Source of the DNA: a virus
IMG/VR virus record: IMGVR_UViG_3300042970_000016
Strand: one strand, 5' to 3'
DNA: 22,967 bases
Of this stretch, positions 8,991-16,583 are shown in pieces (position 1 is the first letter of the stretch; the number at the start of each line of letters is the position of its first letter). The notes beneath the pieces are model-generated. The model worked only from the letters and a program-made list of their open reading frames with translations, searched no databases and had not been told where the DNA came from. A program made the position numbers and the translations under genes.

Positions 8991-10262
8991 GTAGATCGAA
9001 TAATTAATAGCTGATACATTATATTGCTTTTGCCTCATCCTCGGAAATTTCGTCTAAACGATATTTCCAGTGATAGACAATCGGCTCACGGTTTACTTCT
9101 TCAAAATACAAATAGATTCTCTGGGCTAATTCTTCTTTGGATTTCACTCGTATGCCCCGCAGCATCTGCTTTGTCATTTTGCTGAAGAAGCTTTCTATCA
9201 GATTCAGCCAGGAACCGTGTTTAGGAGTAAATACAAATTTAAAGCGCCCTTTTGGCCGCGTTGCAAGATAATTCTGTACCTCTTTTGATCTGTGAGCGGA
9301 GTGATTATCACAAATGATTCGAATGACATCGCCTTCAGGATACATTTCATCAAACTTCCTGAGCAGGATGATAAAATCAGAGCTTTTGTGAGTCTCACTT
9401 ACTACTGGTACAGCTTTTCCTGTCAGCAGGTCGATCCCTGCAAGGAGAGACAATGTTCCCAAACGTTTATATTCATAATCACGATTCACCGTCCCGTTTT
9501 CTCTGGTAGGGCGAAGATCATCGGCAGTAGTTGCAATTGCCTGAATCCCCGGCTTTTCATCACAGGAAACCGTGTGTACCATAGGTCCCTCTTCCGGGAT
9601 GATGATATTTCCATCTTCATCAAACTGCATCGATACCTGCTTATAGACAACAAGAACATCGTGCATTTTCCTGTCGAAATCGGGGTCTCGCTTTTCACAA
9701 TAATACTTGATCTTGAAGGGCTTGATCTCGTTCCGCTTCAGGATCTTCTGCAGCATTGGCTTGGTCATCGTCTTTAAACGTGGAAACCCAGCCCCTTCTG
9801 CATGGTTCTGGATATGCTGATGCAGGTTCTTAAGCGTCCATAATTCCTGTGAATATCCAAGGTCTGCAGGCCGCTGGCAGGCAATATTGATAATCCACGC
9901 AACCGCATCATCCGTGATCTCGACCGGTCTTCCGGATCGTTGATTATCGAATAGTGCAAGCTCCGTTCCGCCTTCCCTGTATTTATCAAGGCATAGCCGG
10001 ACAGTATTGACACTGAGATCATAGATCTTTGCAATATCCCTGATCGGCGTGCCATTGGATTTATCGAGTAATATATGAGCGCGGATAACGATCTGTGCCT
10101 GAATGGTACGTTGTTTGATGAGTGACTGGAGATACTCACGATCACCATCTTTAAGGGCTAACATGGTTGCAGCTCTGGACATAATAGAGGCCTCTCTTTC
10201 TTAGTCTCTATTATACGCTATGAGTAGCAACAATTGTATCATTTATTTAATTTATGTAGTAC
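8991..10262 (-). mobile_element. IS630-family insertion sequence (~1272 bp)
   Basis: CTAG at both ends (8988-8991, 10262-10265), consistent with TA duplication in a CTAG target; imperfect IRs CTAGTA-N18-TGATACA at both ends. Confidence 0.88.
9019..10182 (-). CDS. IS630-family transposase (387 aa)
   Basis: N-terminal HTH, RSGRP, WTLKNL, catalytic SCDEKPG / ICDNHSAH / SWLNLIESFFS, EYKRLGT motif; a hairpin (10181-10189/10206-10214) covers the RBS region. Confidence 0.93.
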   Translation of the reverse strand: MSRAATMLALKDGDREYLQSLIKQRTIQAQIVIRAHILLDKSNGTPIRDIAKIYDLSVNTVRLCLDKYREGGTELALFDNQRSGRPVEITDDAVAWIINIACQRPADLGYSQELWTLKNLHQHIQNHAEGAGFPRLKTMTKPMLQKILKRNEIKPFKIKYYCEKRDPDFDRKMHDVLVVYKQVSMQFDEDGNIIIPEEGPMVHTVSCDEKPGIQAIATTADDLRPTRENGTVNRDYEYKRLGTLSLLAGIDLLTGKAVPVVSETHKSSDFIILLRKFDEMYPEGDVIRIICDNHSAHRSKEVQNYLATRPKGRFKFVFTPKHGSWLNLIESFFSKMTKQMLRGIRVKSKEELAQRIYLYFEEVNREPIVYHWKYRLDEISEDEAKAI

Positions 10263-10375
10263 TAGCCAAAGCAGGGGTGGATTCTCCGATTACAAAAAAA
10301 TCGAGAGGGAGTCGACCTCCTATTGGCATGCCTGTCAAGATCATCATATACGAAAAGAGCGGCTCTGAACAGGCT

Positions 10376-10516
10376 GCGTCTCGTGTACAAACGAAGCATC
10401 TCGTTTACAAAACTGGCATCTTGTGTACAAAAGTGGCGTTTCGTTTACAAATATGTACTTTTCAATTTACAAACAAGCATCTCGTCTTACAAACTGGCGT
10501 CTCGGATTACAACTCA
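10376..10516. repeat. Seven tandem ~20-bp repeats (consensus GCRTCTCGTTTACAAAACTG) at the IS30 right end
   Basis: Units start at 10376, 10396, 10416, 10436, 10456 (degenerate), 10477 and 10497; the reverse complement matches the left IR TGTAAAACGAGATGC. Confidence 0.85.
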
Positions 10517-10597
10517 GCGGAAACAGTCAAAACAGAGTGAAAAGCGAAACCTAATCAAGCATTAAAGATGATAATCACGCGTTCACACGATTTTTCA

Positions 10598-10626
10598 TTG
10601 AAATCGCAAGCACGAATAACTATAAT
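10598..10626 (+). promoter_or_regulatory. Sigma-A promoter for the HTH-hsdM operon
   Basis: TTGAAA-17 bp-TATAAT. Confidence 0.75.
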
Positions 10627-10683
10627 AAAATGTAGGTTTTTTGCATTATTAGTGAAGAGCTTGATTAGAAAGAGAGGTATCGC

Positions 10684-10899
10684 ATGGGCCTTAGCTACAA
10701 GAAACTTTGGAAGCTATTAATTGATAAGGACATGAAGAAAAAAGACTTGCAGCAGCTGGCAGGCATTAGCTCCACTTCTATCACGAAATTAGGGAAAAAT
10801 GAAAATGTAAATACAGAGATCATAGAAAAAATATGTTCCGCTCTACATTGCGACGTGAGCGACATTATGGAAATGACGGAGGATAAAGAAAATGGCTGA
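10684..10899 (+). CDS. Cro/C1-type (HTH_26-like) regulator, probable controller of the R-M operon
   Basis: LSYKKLWKLLIDKDMKKKDL...ICSALHCDVSDIME; GAGG RBS; overlaps the hsdM start. Confidence 0.92.
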   Translation: MGLSYKKLWKLLIDKDMKKKDLQQLAGISSTSITKLGKNENVNTEIIEKICSALHCDVSDIMEMTEDKENG

Positions 10900-11395
10900 C
10901 AAGAACACCGCCAATATTGGCTTCGAAAAACAGATATGGGACGCGGCATGTGTCCTGTGGGGACATATCCCGGCAGCGGAATACAGAAATGTCATCATCG
11001 GACTTATTTTTTTGAAATATGTTTCAACGGCATTTGATAAAAAATACAAGCAGCTTGTTGCGGAGGGAGATGGATTCGAAGATGATCCGGATGCCTATCT
11101 GGAAGATAATGTATTCTTTGTTCCAGAGGATGCCCGCTGGGATAAGATTGCCGCTGCAGCCCATAAACCGGAGATTGGCACTGTAATCGACAACGCTATG
11201 CGGGCAATTGAAGATGACAATAAGAAACTCAAAAATGTCCTTCCTAAAAACTATGCCAGCCCGGATCTGGATAAACAGGTATTAGGCGACGTTGTTGACC
11301 TCTTCACCAATATGGATATGAGCGAAACGGAGGACAACAGGGAAATCTTCCTACCGAAAATGATACAATTTAACGCTTTAAAAATGTGTGCGTGA
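10892..11395 (+). pseudogene. hsdM: Type I restriction-modification M subunit, N-terminal domain only
   Basis: IGFEKQIWDAAC..GHIPAAEYRNVIIGLIFLKYVS, NVFFVPEDARW, IDNAMRAIE..NKKLKNVLPK; similarity stops near 11341, just before the expected D(L/V)LGxxYEY and GxFYTP motifs; no SAM-binding or NPPF motif. Confidence 0.9.
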
Positions 11396-11399
11396 AAAA

Positions 11400-11429
11400 A
11401 GGGTGCAAGGTCAAAAATTAGGGTGCAAG
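11400..11429. repeat. 10-bp direct repeat AGGGTGCAAG x2, 20-bp period, next to the inferred att site
   Basis: Exact copies at 11400-11409 and 11420-11429, each preceded by an A-tract. Confidence 0.7.
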
Positions 11430-11437
11430 TGTAGACG

Positions 11438-11460
11438 TCGGGTATCAGCCCGATTTTTTT
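11438..11460 (+). terminator. Weak terminator-like hairpin after truncated hsdM
   Basis: TCGGG-tatcag-CCCGA-TTTTTT. Confidence 0.4.
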
Positions 11461-11495
11461 ATGTCCATCCGTATTACAATTTTCGCCGATAGTAA

Positions 11496-11524
11496 TTGAC
11501 AAGTGACACAGCCGGTACTATTCT
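11496..11524 (+). promoter_or_regulatory. Sigma-A promoter of the three-gene moron
   Basis: TTGACA-17 bp-TATTCT, followed by a small hairpin at 11535-11556. Confidence 0.7.
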
Positions 11525-11576
11525 AACATCAGAACTACTACTTACGCTGAGTGTAGATACGAAAGGAAAGGATTGC

Positions 11577-12041
11577 ATGAAAATGATATCGAAGTTCGTG
11601 CAGATAGAATTTGCCGATTCGAGCATTAGGGCAGAGGACTGCTTACGTGACATCCGTGACGCTACAGAAAGCGCATCGCTGAATCTGTACTCGCGTTATG
11701 ATGTCCAGCTTGAAGTACCGATGTTGGTTGGAGACAGCGTTATCCTGGAAGTGAGGGTTCCGACAGATCTTGCTTCGACCTTTGCTATTGGGAACCATCT
11801 GCGCGGCATCTCTGCCTACCTTATTAAAAAATGCAACGGCAGATACAATGACCACTTGGTTGGTAATCGACTTTTGGTATATACGGAAATTCCTTCTCCT
11901 GAGGTCAAGACAGAAGAAATGTCGGTTGTTGACCGCTTGGAAGCAGTGAGAAGGTTTGCCAAACTTCTGGAACGCTCAGATGAAGAAGCAATGGACAGTA
12001 TCAGCCGAATCCTGGCAATTCTGAATGATATCGGTGAATAA
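11577..12041 (+). CDS. Hypothetical protein (154 aa), possible degenerate IS200 TnpA-like fold
   Basis: AAAGGA RBS before ATG 11577 (the track's TTG start at 11496 is the -35 box); pattern GDSVILEVRVP...IGNHLRGISAYLIKK. ORF is well supported, fold is speculative. Confidence 0.75.
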   Translation: MKMISKFVQIEFADSSIRAEDCLRDIRDATESASLNLYSRYDVQLEVPMLVGDSVILEVRVPTDLASTFAIGNHLRGISAYLIKKCNGRYNDHLVGNRLLVYTEIPSPEVKTEEMSVVDRLEAVRRFAKLLERSDEEAMDSISRILAILNDIGE

Positions 12042-12093
12042 AGCAAAGGAAAATTGTGTGACCGCAGATAGTAAGCGGAGAAAGGAACGAAGC

Positions 12094-12255
12094 ATGGAGA
12101 ACGGAATTGAGAACTTAACGATGGGAGCACCGGAACTTGCAAAGCATTCGACAGTGAGTTTCAGTTTGGAGGGATGGCCTGCAGCGGCGGTACTGATATC
12201 CTTACCTGCGTCTGTTGTTGCGATTTATGCCATAAAGGCATTTGCACACTGCTGA
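12094..12255 (+). CDS. Small single-pass membrane protein (53 aa)
   Basis: GAAAGGA RBS; hydrophobic segment WPAAAVLISLPASVVAIYAI. Confidence 0.65.
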   Translation: MENGIENLTMGAPELAKHSTVSFSLEGWPAAAVLISLPASVVAIYAIKAFAHC

Positions 12256-12269
12256 AGAAAGGAGCGGCA

Positions 12270-12506
12270 ATGCAGAAGATTACTAACAAGCAGTACGAAG
12301 AATACCGCAGGCTGATCTATGACCGTGATCATGGCCGTATGTTGACACCAGATGGCCTGCGGCTCATTTGTTCCGCGTGCAATTATGATCCGACTGAGAT
12401 CGGAAAGATCATGCTGGAGAATCTTGCCAATTTACAGGCCAAGGGTGCTGTCAGTATGCATCCCGGACAAGAGGTAGATCCAGAAGCAGATAATGACGAA
12501 GTCTGA
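12270..12506 (+). CDS. Hypothetical protein (78 aa)
   Basis: GAAAGGAG RBS before ATG 12270; follows the previous gene by 14 bp; ends before a bidirectional hairpin. Confidence 0.7.
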   Translation: MQKITNKQYEEYRRLIYDRDHGRMLTPDGLRLICSACNYDPTEIGKIMLENLANLQAKGAVSMHPGQEVDPEADNDEV

Positions 12507-12530
12507 CGAAAAGAAGAAGCGAATTGCTGC

Positions 12531-12583
12531 AGAACGAAAAAAACGTCACCTCCGGTTGTACCGTAGGTGGCGCATTTTGTTCT
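12531..12583. terminator. Bidirectional terminator between the moron and the recombinase genes
   Basis: A-tract-CGTCACCT-cCGGTtgtACCGt-AGGTGGCG-cATTTT between convergent genes. Confidence 0.65.
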
Positions 12584-12597
12584 ATGGATATTTGATT

Positions 12598-14178
12598 TCA
12601 GGCCTTGATTTCCATTCCGTTCCGGAAGGTGACCCGGATGTCGTCCTTGCTGTAGACCGTGATGAAATCGACAAGGCTCTGGAACTGTGCCGCGTCGAAT
12701 TCCGTCACCAGGTCAGTCTGCTTCCGCAGGGTGTCAAGGAACTGCCGGATCGATGAGCGTGCAAGCTCCTTTCTGGAGATCTCGTTCTCGACTTCCGTGA
12801 GGTTCTTCTTCGCCGTGTTGAAGCGCTCGGTAAGGGAGTCGTATCGTTTCTGATATGCTTCCTGATCCTGCGGAGCAACGGCGTTCTGCCGGATCTCTTT
12901 CTGGACAAGGTCGGCGGCAACGTTCATCTCGTCCTCGTATTCACGTTCTTTTTCCTTGAGGGCGTCAGTGCTGTAGAGCGGTCCGGCGAGGATCTCCTCG
13001 AAGTCGGAGAGTATGGACTCCTTGTCTTTGAACAGTGTGTTCACCGCCGAGATGTATTTTCCCTTGATCTCATCATCCGTAAGGACCGGAGTCGTGCATT
13101 TCTCTCTGCCGTCGTACTTGTGATTGCACCGCCAGATCATCCGGCGGTATTTGTCGTTGGAATGCCAGACCTTGGAGCCGTACCAGCTTCCGCACTGCCC
13201 GCATTTGATCTTGCCGGAAAAAACATGCACGCCGCTGTGGCGGTTCCTGCCCGGGCAGCGGCGTTTCAGTTCGTCCTGCACCTTGTCGAAGATTTCCGGG
13301 TCGATGATTGCTTCGTGATCCTGTTCCACGTAGTACTGTGGGACCTCTCCCTCGTTGACCTTTTTCTTTTTGGTAAGAAAGTCGACGGTAAAGGATTTCT
13401 GCAGAAGGGCGTCGCCCTTGTATTTCTCATTGGAGAGTATGGCTTTCACTGTTCCCGATGGCCACTGCTTCTTACCTGTCGGAGAGGGGATCCCCTCATC
13501 CGTCAGTTTCGACGCGATTCCATACGGCGTCATTCCTTCCATGAACATCCGGTAGATCCGCTTTACAAGTCCGGCCTGTTCCTGATTTACAACCAGACTG
13601 CCATCCTGCCCACGGTCGTAACCAAGAAAACTCTTGAACGGAACTGACACCTTGCCGTCGGCGAACCGCTTTCTTTGGCCCCATGTGCAGTTTTCAGAGA
13701 TGCTGCGGCTTTCTTCCTGGGCGAGCGAGGACATGATCGTGATGAGAAGTTCTCCCTTACCGTCGAAGGTCCAGATGTTCTCTTTCTCGAAATAGCACTC
13801 GACACCTTTTTCCTTGAGTTCCCGGATCGTAGTAAGGCTGTCGACAGTGTTCCGGGCGAACCGGCTGACGGACTTCGTGACGATAAGATCAATCTTGCCG
13901 TCAAGCGCGTCCGCGACCATCTGCTTGAAACCTTCACGGTGCTTGGTGCTTGTTCCGGTGATGCCTTCATCCGTGTAAACGTTGACGAATTCCCAGTCAT
14001 CACGGCCTTTGATGTATTTCGTGTAGTAATCGATCTGAGCCTCATAGCTCGTGAACTGCTCGTCGTGATCGGTCGAGACCCGGGCGTAGGCGGCAACCCG
14101 CCGGCGCTTGTTTTCACCGATCAGTTCACTGGTATGAGGCTTGAGGATCGCTGGTATTTTGGTGATCTGTTTGCTCAT
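12598..14178 (-). CDS. Large serine recombinase (526 aa) with Zn ribbon and coiled coil
   Basis: AAYARVST catalytic Ser, DEGITGT, KSVSRFARN, LAQEESRSISEN, FLGY, ILSNEKYKGD, HEAIID, FSGKIKCGQCG...WRC...C, long coiled coil. Confidence 0.95.
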   Translation of the reverse strand: MSKQITKIPAILKPHTSELIGENKRRRVAAYARVSTDHDEQFTSYEAQIDYYTKYIKGRDDWEFVNVYTDEGITGTSTKHREGFKQMVADALDGKIDLIVTKSVSRFARNTVDSLTTIRELKEKGVECYFEKENIWTFDGKGELLITIMSSLAQEESRSISENCTWGQRKRFADGKVSVPFKSFLGYDRGQDGSLVVNQEQAGLVKRIYRMFMEGMTPYGIASKLTDEGIPSPTGKKQWPSGTVKAILSNEKYKGDALLQKSFTVDFLTKKKKVNEGEVPQYYVEQDHEAIIDPEIFDKVQDELKRRCPGRNRHSGVHVFSGKIKCGQCGSWYGSKVWHSNDKYRRMIWRCNHKYDGREKCTTPVLTDDEIKGKYISAVNTLFKDKESILSDFEEILAGPLYSTDALKEKEREYEDEMNVAADLVQKEIRQNAVAPQDQEAYQKRYDSLTERFNTAKKNLTEVENEISRKELARSSIRQFLDTLRKQTDLVTEFDAAQFQSLVDFITVYSKDDIRVTFRNGMEIKA

Positions 14179-15830
14179 GACTTATTGCTCCTGTATTTTT
14201 CATGCTTGTATTTCCTTGTTATCTCGTGACCATCCCGGAAGTGAAAAGTGATCGACCAGTGATTTATCGTCGCGTAATTTATCGCCTCATTCATTGCATC
14301 CTCGCTAAACTCCGGCAGATCAAGAACATCACAGACCAGCTGTTTCATTGTGCCTTCTTCCATTTTGGAGTTTCTGCAGTTCCGGTTGTGAGGACAACCC
14401 CATATTCTTCGTACAGTTCCGTCCTTGCAGGTGAAAGAATGGACGCGGTAATTGTTTCCGCATAAGCCACAGCGGATAAATGTAGTGAAAGCAGAGGAAT
14501 CTTTGAAATGCATACGGCAGCTTCGTGTTCTCATACGTTCAGACCACATGGCACGATTCTCATCAGTCCAGTAATCCTGATGCGCGTCTGATGTCCATTG
14601 CCGGGTGATAAGCTGTCCGTCCATCATGTGAAAGACCAGGGTATGGTTTTTTTGAACTTCGATCCAGTCAACGTTCTGGAGAAAGGAGTCCTCGTCAAAT
14701 TCAGTTGTCCCTAGAACTTCAGCACAGGTATTTTCAAGAGCTCTTTGAGGAACCCATTCGGAATCCGGACACGTTTGATCACTGTGAACCTTGCGTCCGC
14801 AGATCCAGTAGGCAAGGGGAGACGCGGGCGGTTTTCTTTTAACCAGCTGATGCACATAGCTTGTTCCGCATATTCCGCATTTGAGTTTGGAAGTAAAGCA
14901 GCATGTGTTTATGCCGGGAATGCCGTGTATACCTGCCTTGCTGCGACGCTTTTGTTCTTCCTGCACCGCTTCAAAGGTTTCCTTATCGATTATTGCTTCG
15001 TGATCGTTTTCAATGACATATTTCGTAAGCTCGCCATTGTTAGGGCGGCTTTCATGTGATTTGAAATCGGGAGAATAGGTTTTCTGAAGGATCATGGTTC
15101 CTGTGTAGGTGACGTTTCTGAGGACATTTGAGATACTTGTCGCACTCCAGCTTTCTCCGTTGGCGGCTATGATGCTGTCCTTATTAAGATCGGTATAAAT
15201 ACTTCGCTTGCTTTTTCCGGAAAGGTATTCACGGTAGATTCTTCGGACTACTTCCGCCTCTTCAGGAATTACGATCAGCTTTTTCTCTTTCCAGGCATAT
15301 CCATAAGTCCGTGGGGATGAATGTGGTTCTCCCTGTTCAAAGCGCTTGCGGATTCCCCATTTTATATTTTCCGATATGCTGCGGCTTTCTTCCTGCGCAA
15401 ACGACGCAAGCAGGGTAAGCATGAGCTCTCCATCATCAGAGAGTGACCGGATGTTTTCCTTTTCAAACCGGACCTCGACACCGATGTCTTTCAGATGCCG
15501 GACCGTTTGCAGAAGATCAACGGTGTTTCTGGCAAAACGGCTGATGCTCTTGGTAAGAACAATGTCGATCTTTCCGGCATCGCAGTCAGCGATCAGCCGC
15601 ATGAAATCCGGACGTTTTTCAGCATTGGTTCCGCTGATGCCTTCGTCGGCGTAAATCCCTGCGAACTCCCACTGCGGATTGCTCTGGATCAGCTCGCTGT
15701 AACGGGATACCTGAGCCGAGAGGGAATGGTGCAGCCGCTCTGTTTCCATGGACACACGGCAGTAAGCCGCGACCTTTTTCCGTTCCGGAAGGACCGGTTT
15801 CGATTTTTTGATTTCTGTTATTTTCTTCAT
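14175..15830 (-). CDS. Large serine recombinase (551 aa) with duplicated Zn-ribbon module and no long coiled coil
   Basis: AAYCRVSM, DEGISGT, KSISRFARN, FAQEESRSISEN, YGY, LRNVTYTG; FTSKLKCGICG..WIC..C and FTTFIRCGLCG..WGC..C; ATGA overlap with the next gene. Confidence 0.93.
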   Translation of the reverse strand: MKKITEIKKSKPVLPERKKVAAYCRVSMETERLHHSLSAQVSRYSELIQSNPQWEFAGIYADEGISGTNAEKRPDFMRLIADCDAGKIDIVLTKSISRFARNTVDLLQTVRHLKDIGVEVRFEKENIRSLSDDGELMLTLLASFAQEESRSISENIKWGIRKRFEQGEPHSSPRTYGYAWKEKKLIVIPEEAEVVRRIYREYLSGKSKRSIYTDLNKDSIIAANGESWSATSISNVLRNVTYTGTMILQKTYSPDFKSHESRPNNGELTKYVIENDHEAIIDKETFEAVQEEQKRRSKAGIHGIPGINTCCFTSKLKCGICGTSYVHQLVKRKPPASPLAYWICGRKVHSDQTCPDSEWVPQRALENTCAEVLGTTEFDEDSFLQNVDWIEVQKNHTLVFHMMDGQLITRQWTSDAHQDYWTDENRAMWSERMRTRSCRMHFKDSSAFTTFIRCGLCGNNYRVHSFTCKDGTVRRIWGCPHNRNCRNSKMEEGTMKQLVCDVLDLPEFSEDAMNEAINYATINHWSITFHFRDGHEITRKYKHEKYRSNKS

Positions 15831-15880
15831 GAAATCAGCTCCTTTCCGTGTCTATTCATCGCTCTGAACCGCCGATGGTA

Positions 15881-16051
15881 TCAACCATTATCTGAGAATA
15901 AACTACCCAAAGATGGCCTGTATTTTCGGAGCAGAATTGTATCAATTTCATCGTACTCTTCCTTGGTGATCGTACCGGAAGAGAGGAGTGCCTTTGCCAC
16001 AGTGAGACTCGCCTGATAGCGGCGCTCGGCCTCGAATTTCTCTTTACTCAT
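15881..16051 (-). CDS. SHOCT-like small protein (56 aa) associated with the recombinases
   Basis: GGAGG RBS at 16060-16064; AKALLSSGTITKEEYDEI motif; true start is inside the longer track ORF. Confidence 0.75.
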   Translation of the reverse strand: MSKEKFEAERRYQASLTVAKALLSSGTITKEEYDEIDTILLRKYRPSLGSLFSDNG

Positions 16052-16466
16052 CATCAACGCCTCCTTTGAATCTTGCCTTGATATAGCAGGCGTGGGAGCA
16101 GTATTTCCGGTGCGCATTGCCGTAGGCAGAGAACGGTCTGCCGCAGCATGCGCAGGTGAAGTCATATACCGCTTTCCGATGCACCTGGTCCAGATGGCTG
16201 TTCCACCATTCCTGACGGCAGGCACTGCTGCAGAAGCGGATATGTTTTCTTCCCGGAATCTGCCGGACCGGTTTTCCGCAGTTCGGACAGAATTCTGTGG
16301 GTTTGTTTGGCGTTTCCTGCGACGGAACACGTTTTCCAGCGAGGCCGTTTCTACGGCAGTAGGACTTGACGGTATTCTTGGAAAGGGAGAGGGCTTCAGC
16401 TATTGCGTCGTAGCTCATTCCTTTCGTACGTAGTTCATATATGTTTCTTTTTTGATCGGATGTCAT
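16044..16466 (-). CDS. HTH plus Zn-finger protein (often annotated as RNA polymerase sigma-70-like)
   Basis: GGAGG RBS at 16476-16480; GMSYDAIAEALSLSKNTVKSYCRR HTH; CPNC..FCSSAC and CACC..YCSHAC fingers. Confidence 0.85.
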   Translation of the reverse strand: MTSDQKRNIYELRTKGMSYDAIAEALSLSKNTVKSYCRRNGLAGKRVPSQETPNKPTEFCPNCGKPVRQIPGRKHIRFCSSACRQEWWNSHLDQVHRKAVYDFTCACCGRPFSAYGNAHRKYCSHACYIKARFKGGVDDE

Positions 16467-16583
16467 TTGCAGCCACCTCCTACTGTTTCTTGGAGATGAG
16501 ATCCTCAAATTGACGACAGACCTGAACGGTATTGTTCCGTCAATGATCTCTTCTCATAGGTAAACAGAAAAAGGAGGGGCATA

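Larger units (their letters stand above)
5329..10518 (+). mobile_element. IS30-family element (Cys-rich subgroup) carrying two nested IS; ~1.8 kb without them
   Basis: Direct repeat GGAAACAGTCAAAAC at 5315-5329 and 10519-10533 (ends +/-1 bp); imperfect terminal IRs cctcaacTGTAAaaCGAGAtGC / gctgagtTGTAAtcCGAGAcGC; split IS30 transposase inside. Confidence 0.88.

Noticed and set aside
10376-10516. CRISPR array
   Set aside because: 20-bp units abut without unique spacers, match the IS30 inverted repeat, and no cas genes are present.
10220-10565. ORFs 10220-10540 and 10323-10565
   Set aside because: They run across the IS630 end, the repeat array and the IS30 junction; only the final ETVKTE is a relic of the HTH gene.
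10232-11370. 13-bp inverted match AATTGTATCATTT between the IS630 end and the att-proximal region
   Set aside because: AT-rich, no terminal CTAG or further similarity; treated as coincidence.
11341-11500. Frameshifted continuation of hsdM
   Set aside because: The other two frames stop within a few codons and show no HsdM motifs.
12493-12756. 87-aa ORF as a fourth moron gene
   Set aside because: Crosses the bidirectional terminator and overlaps the recombinase antisense; no clear RBS.
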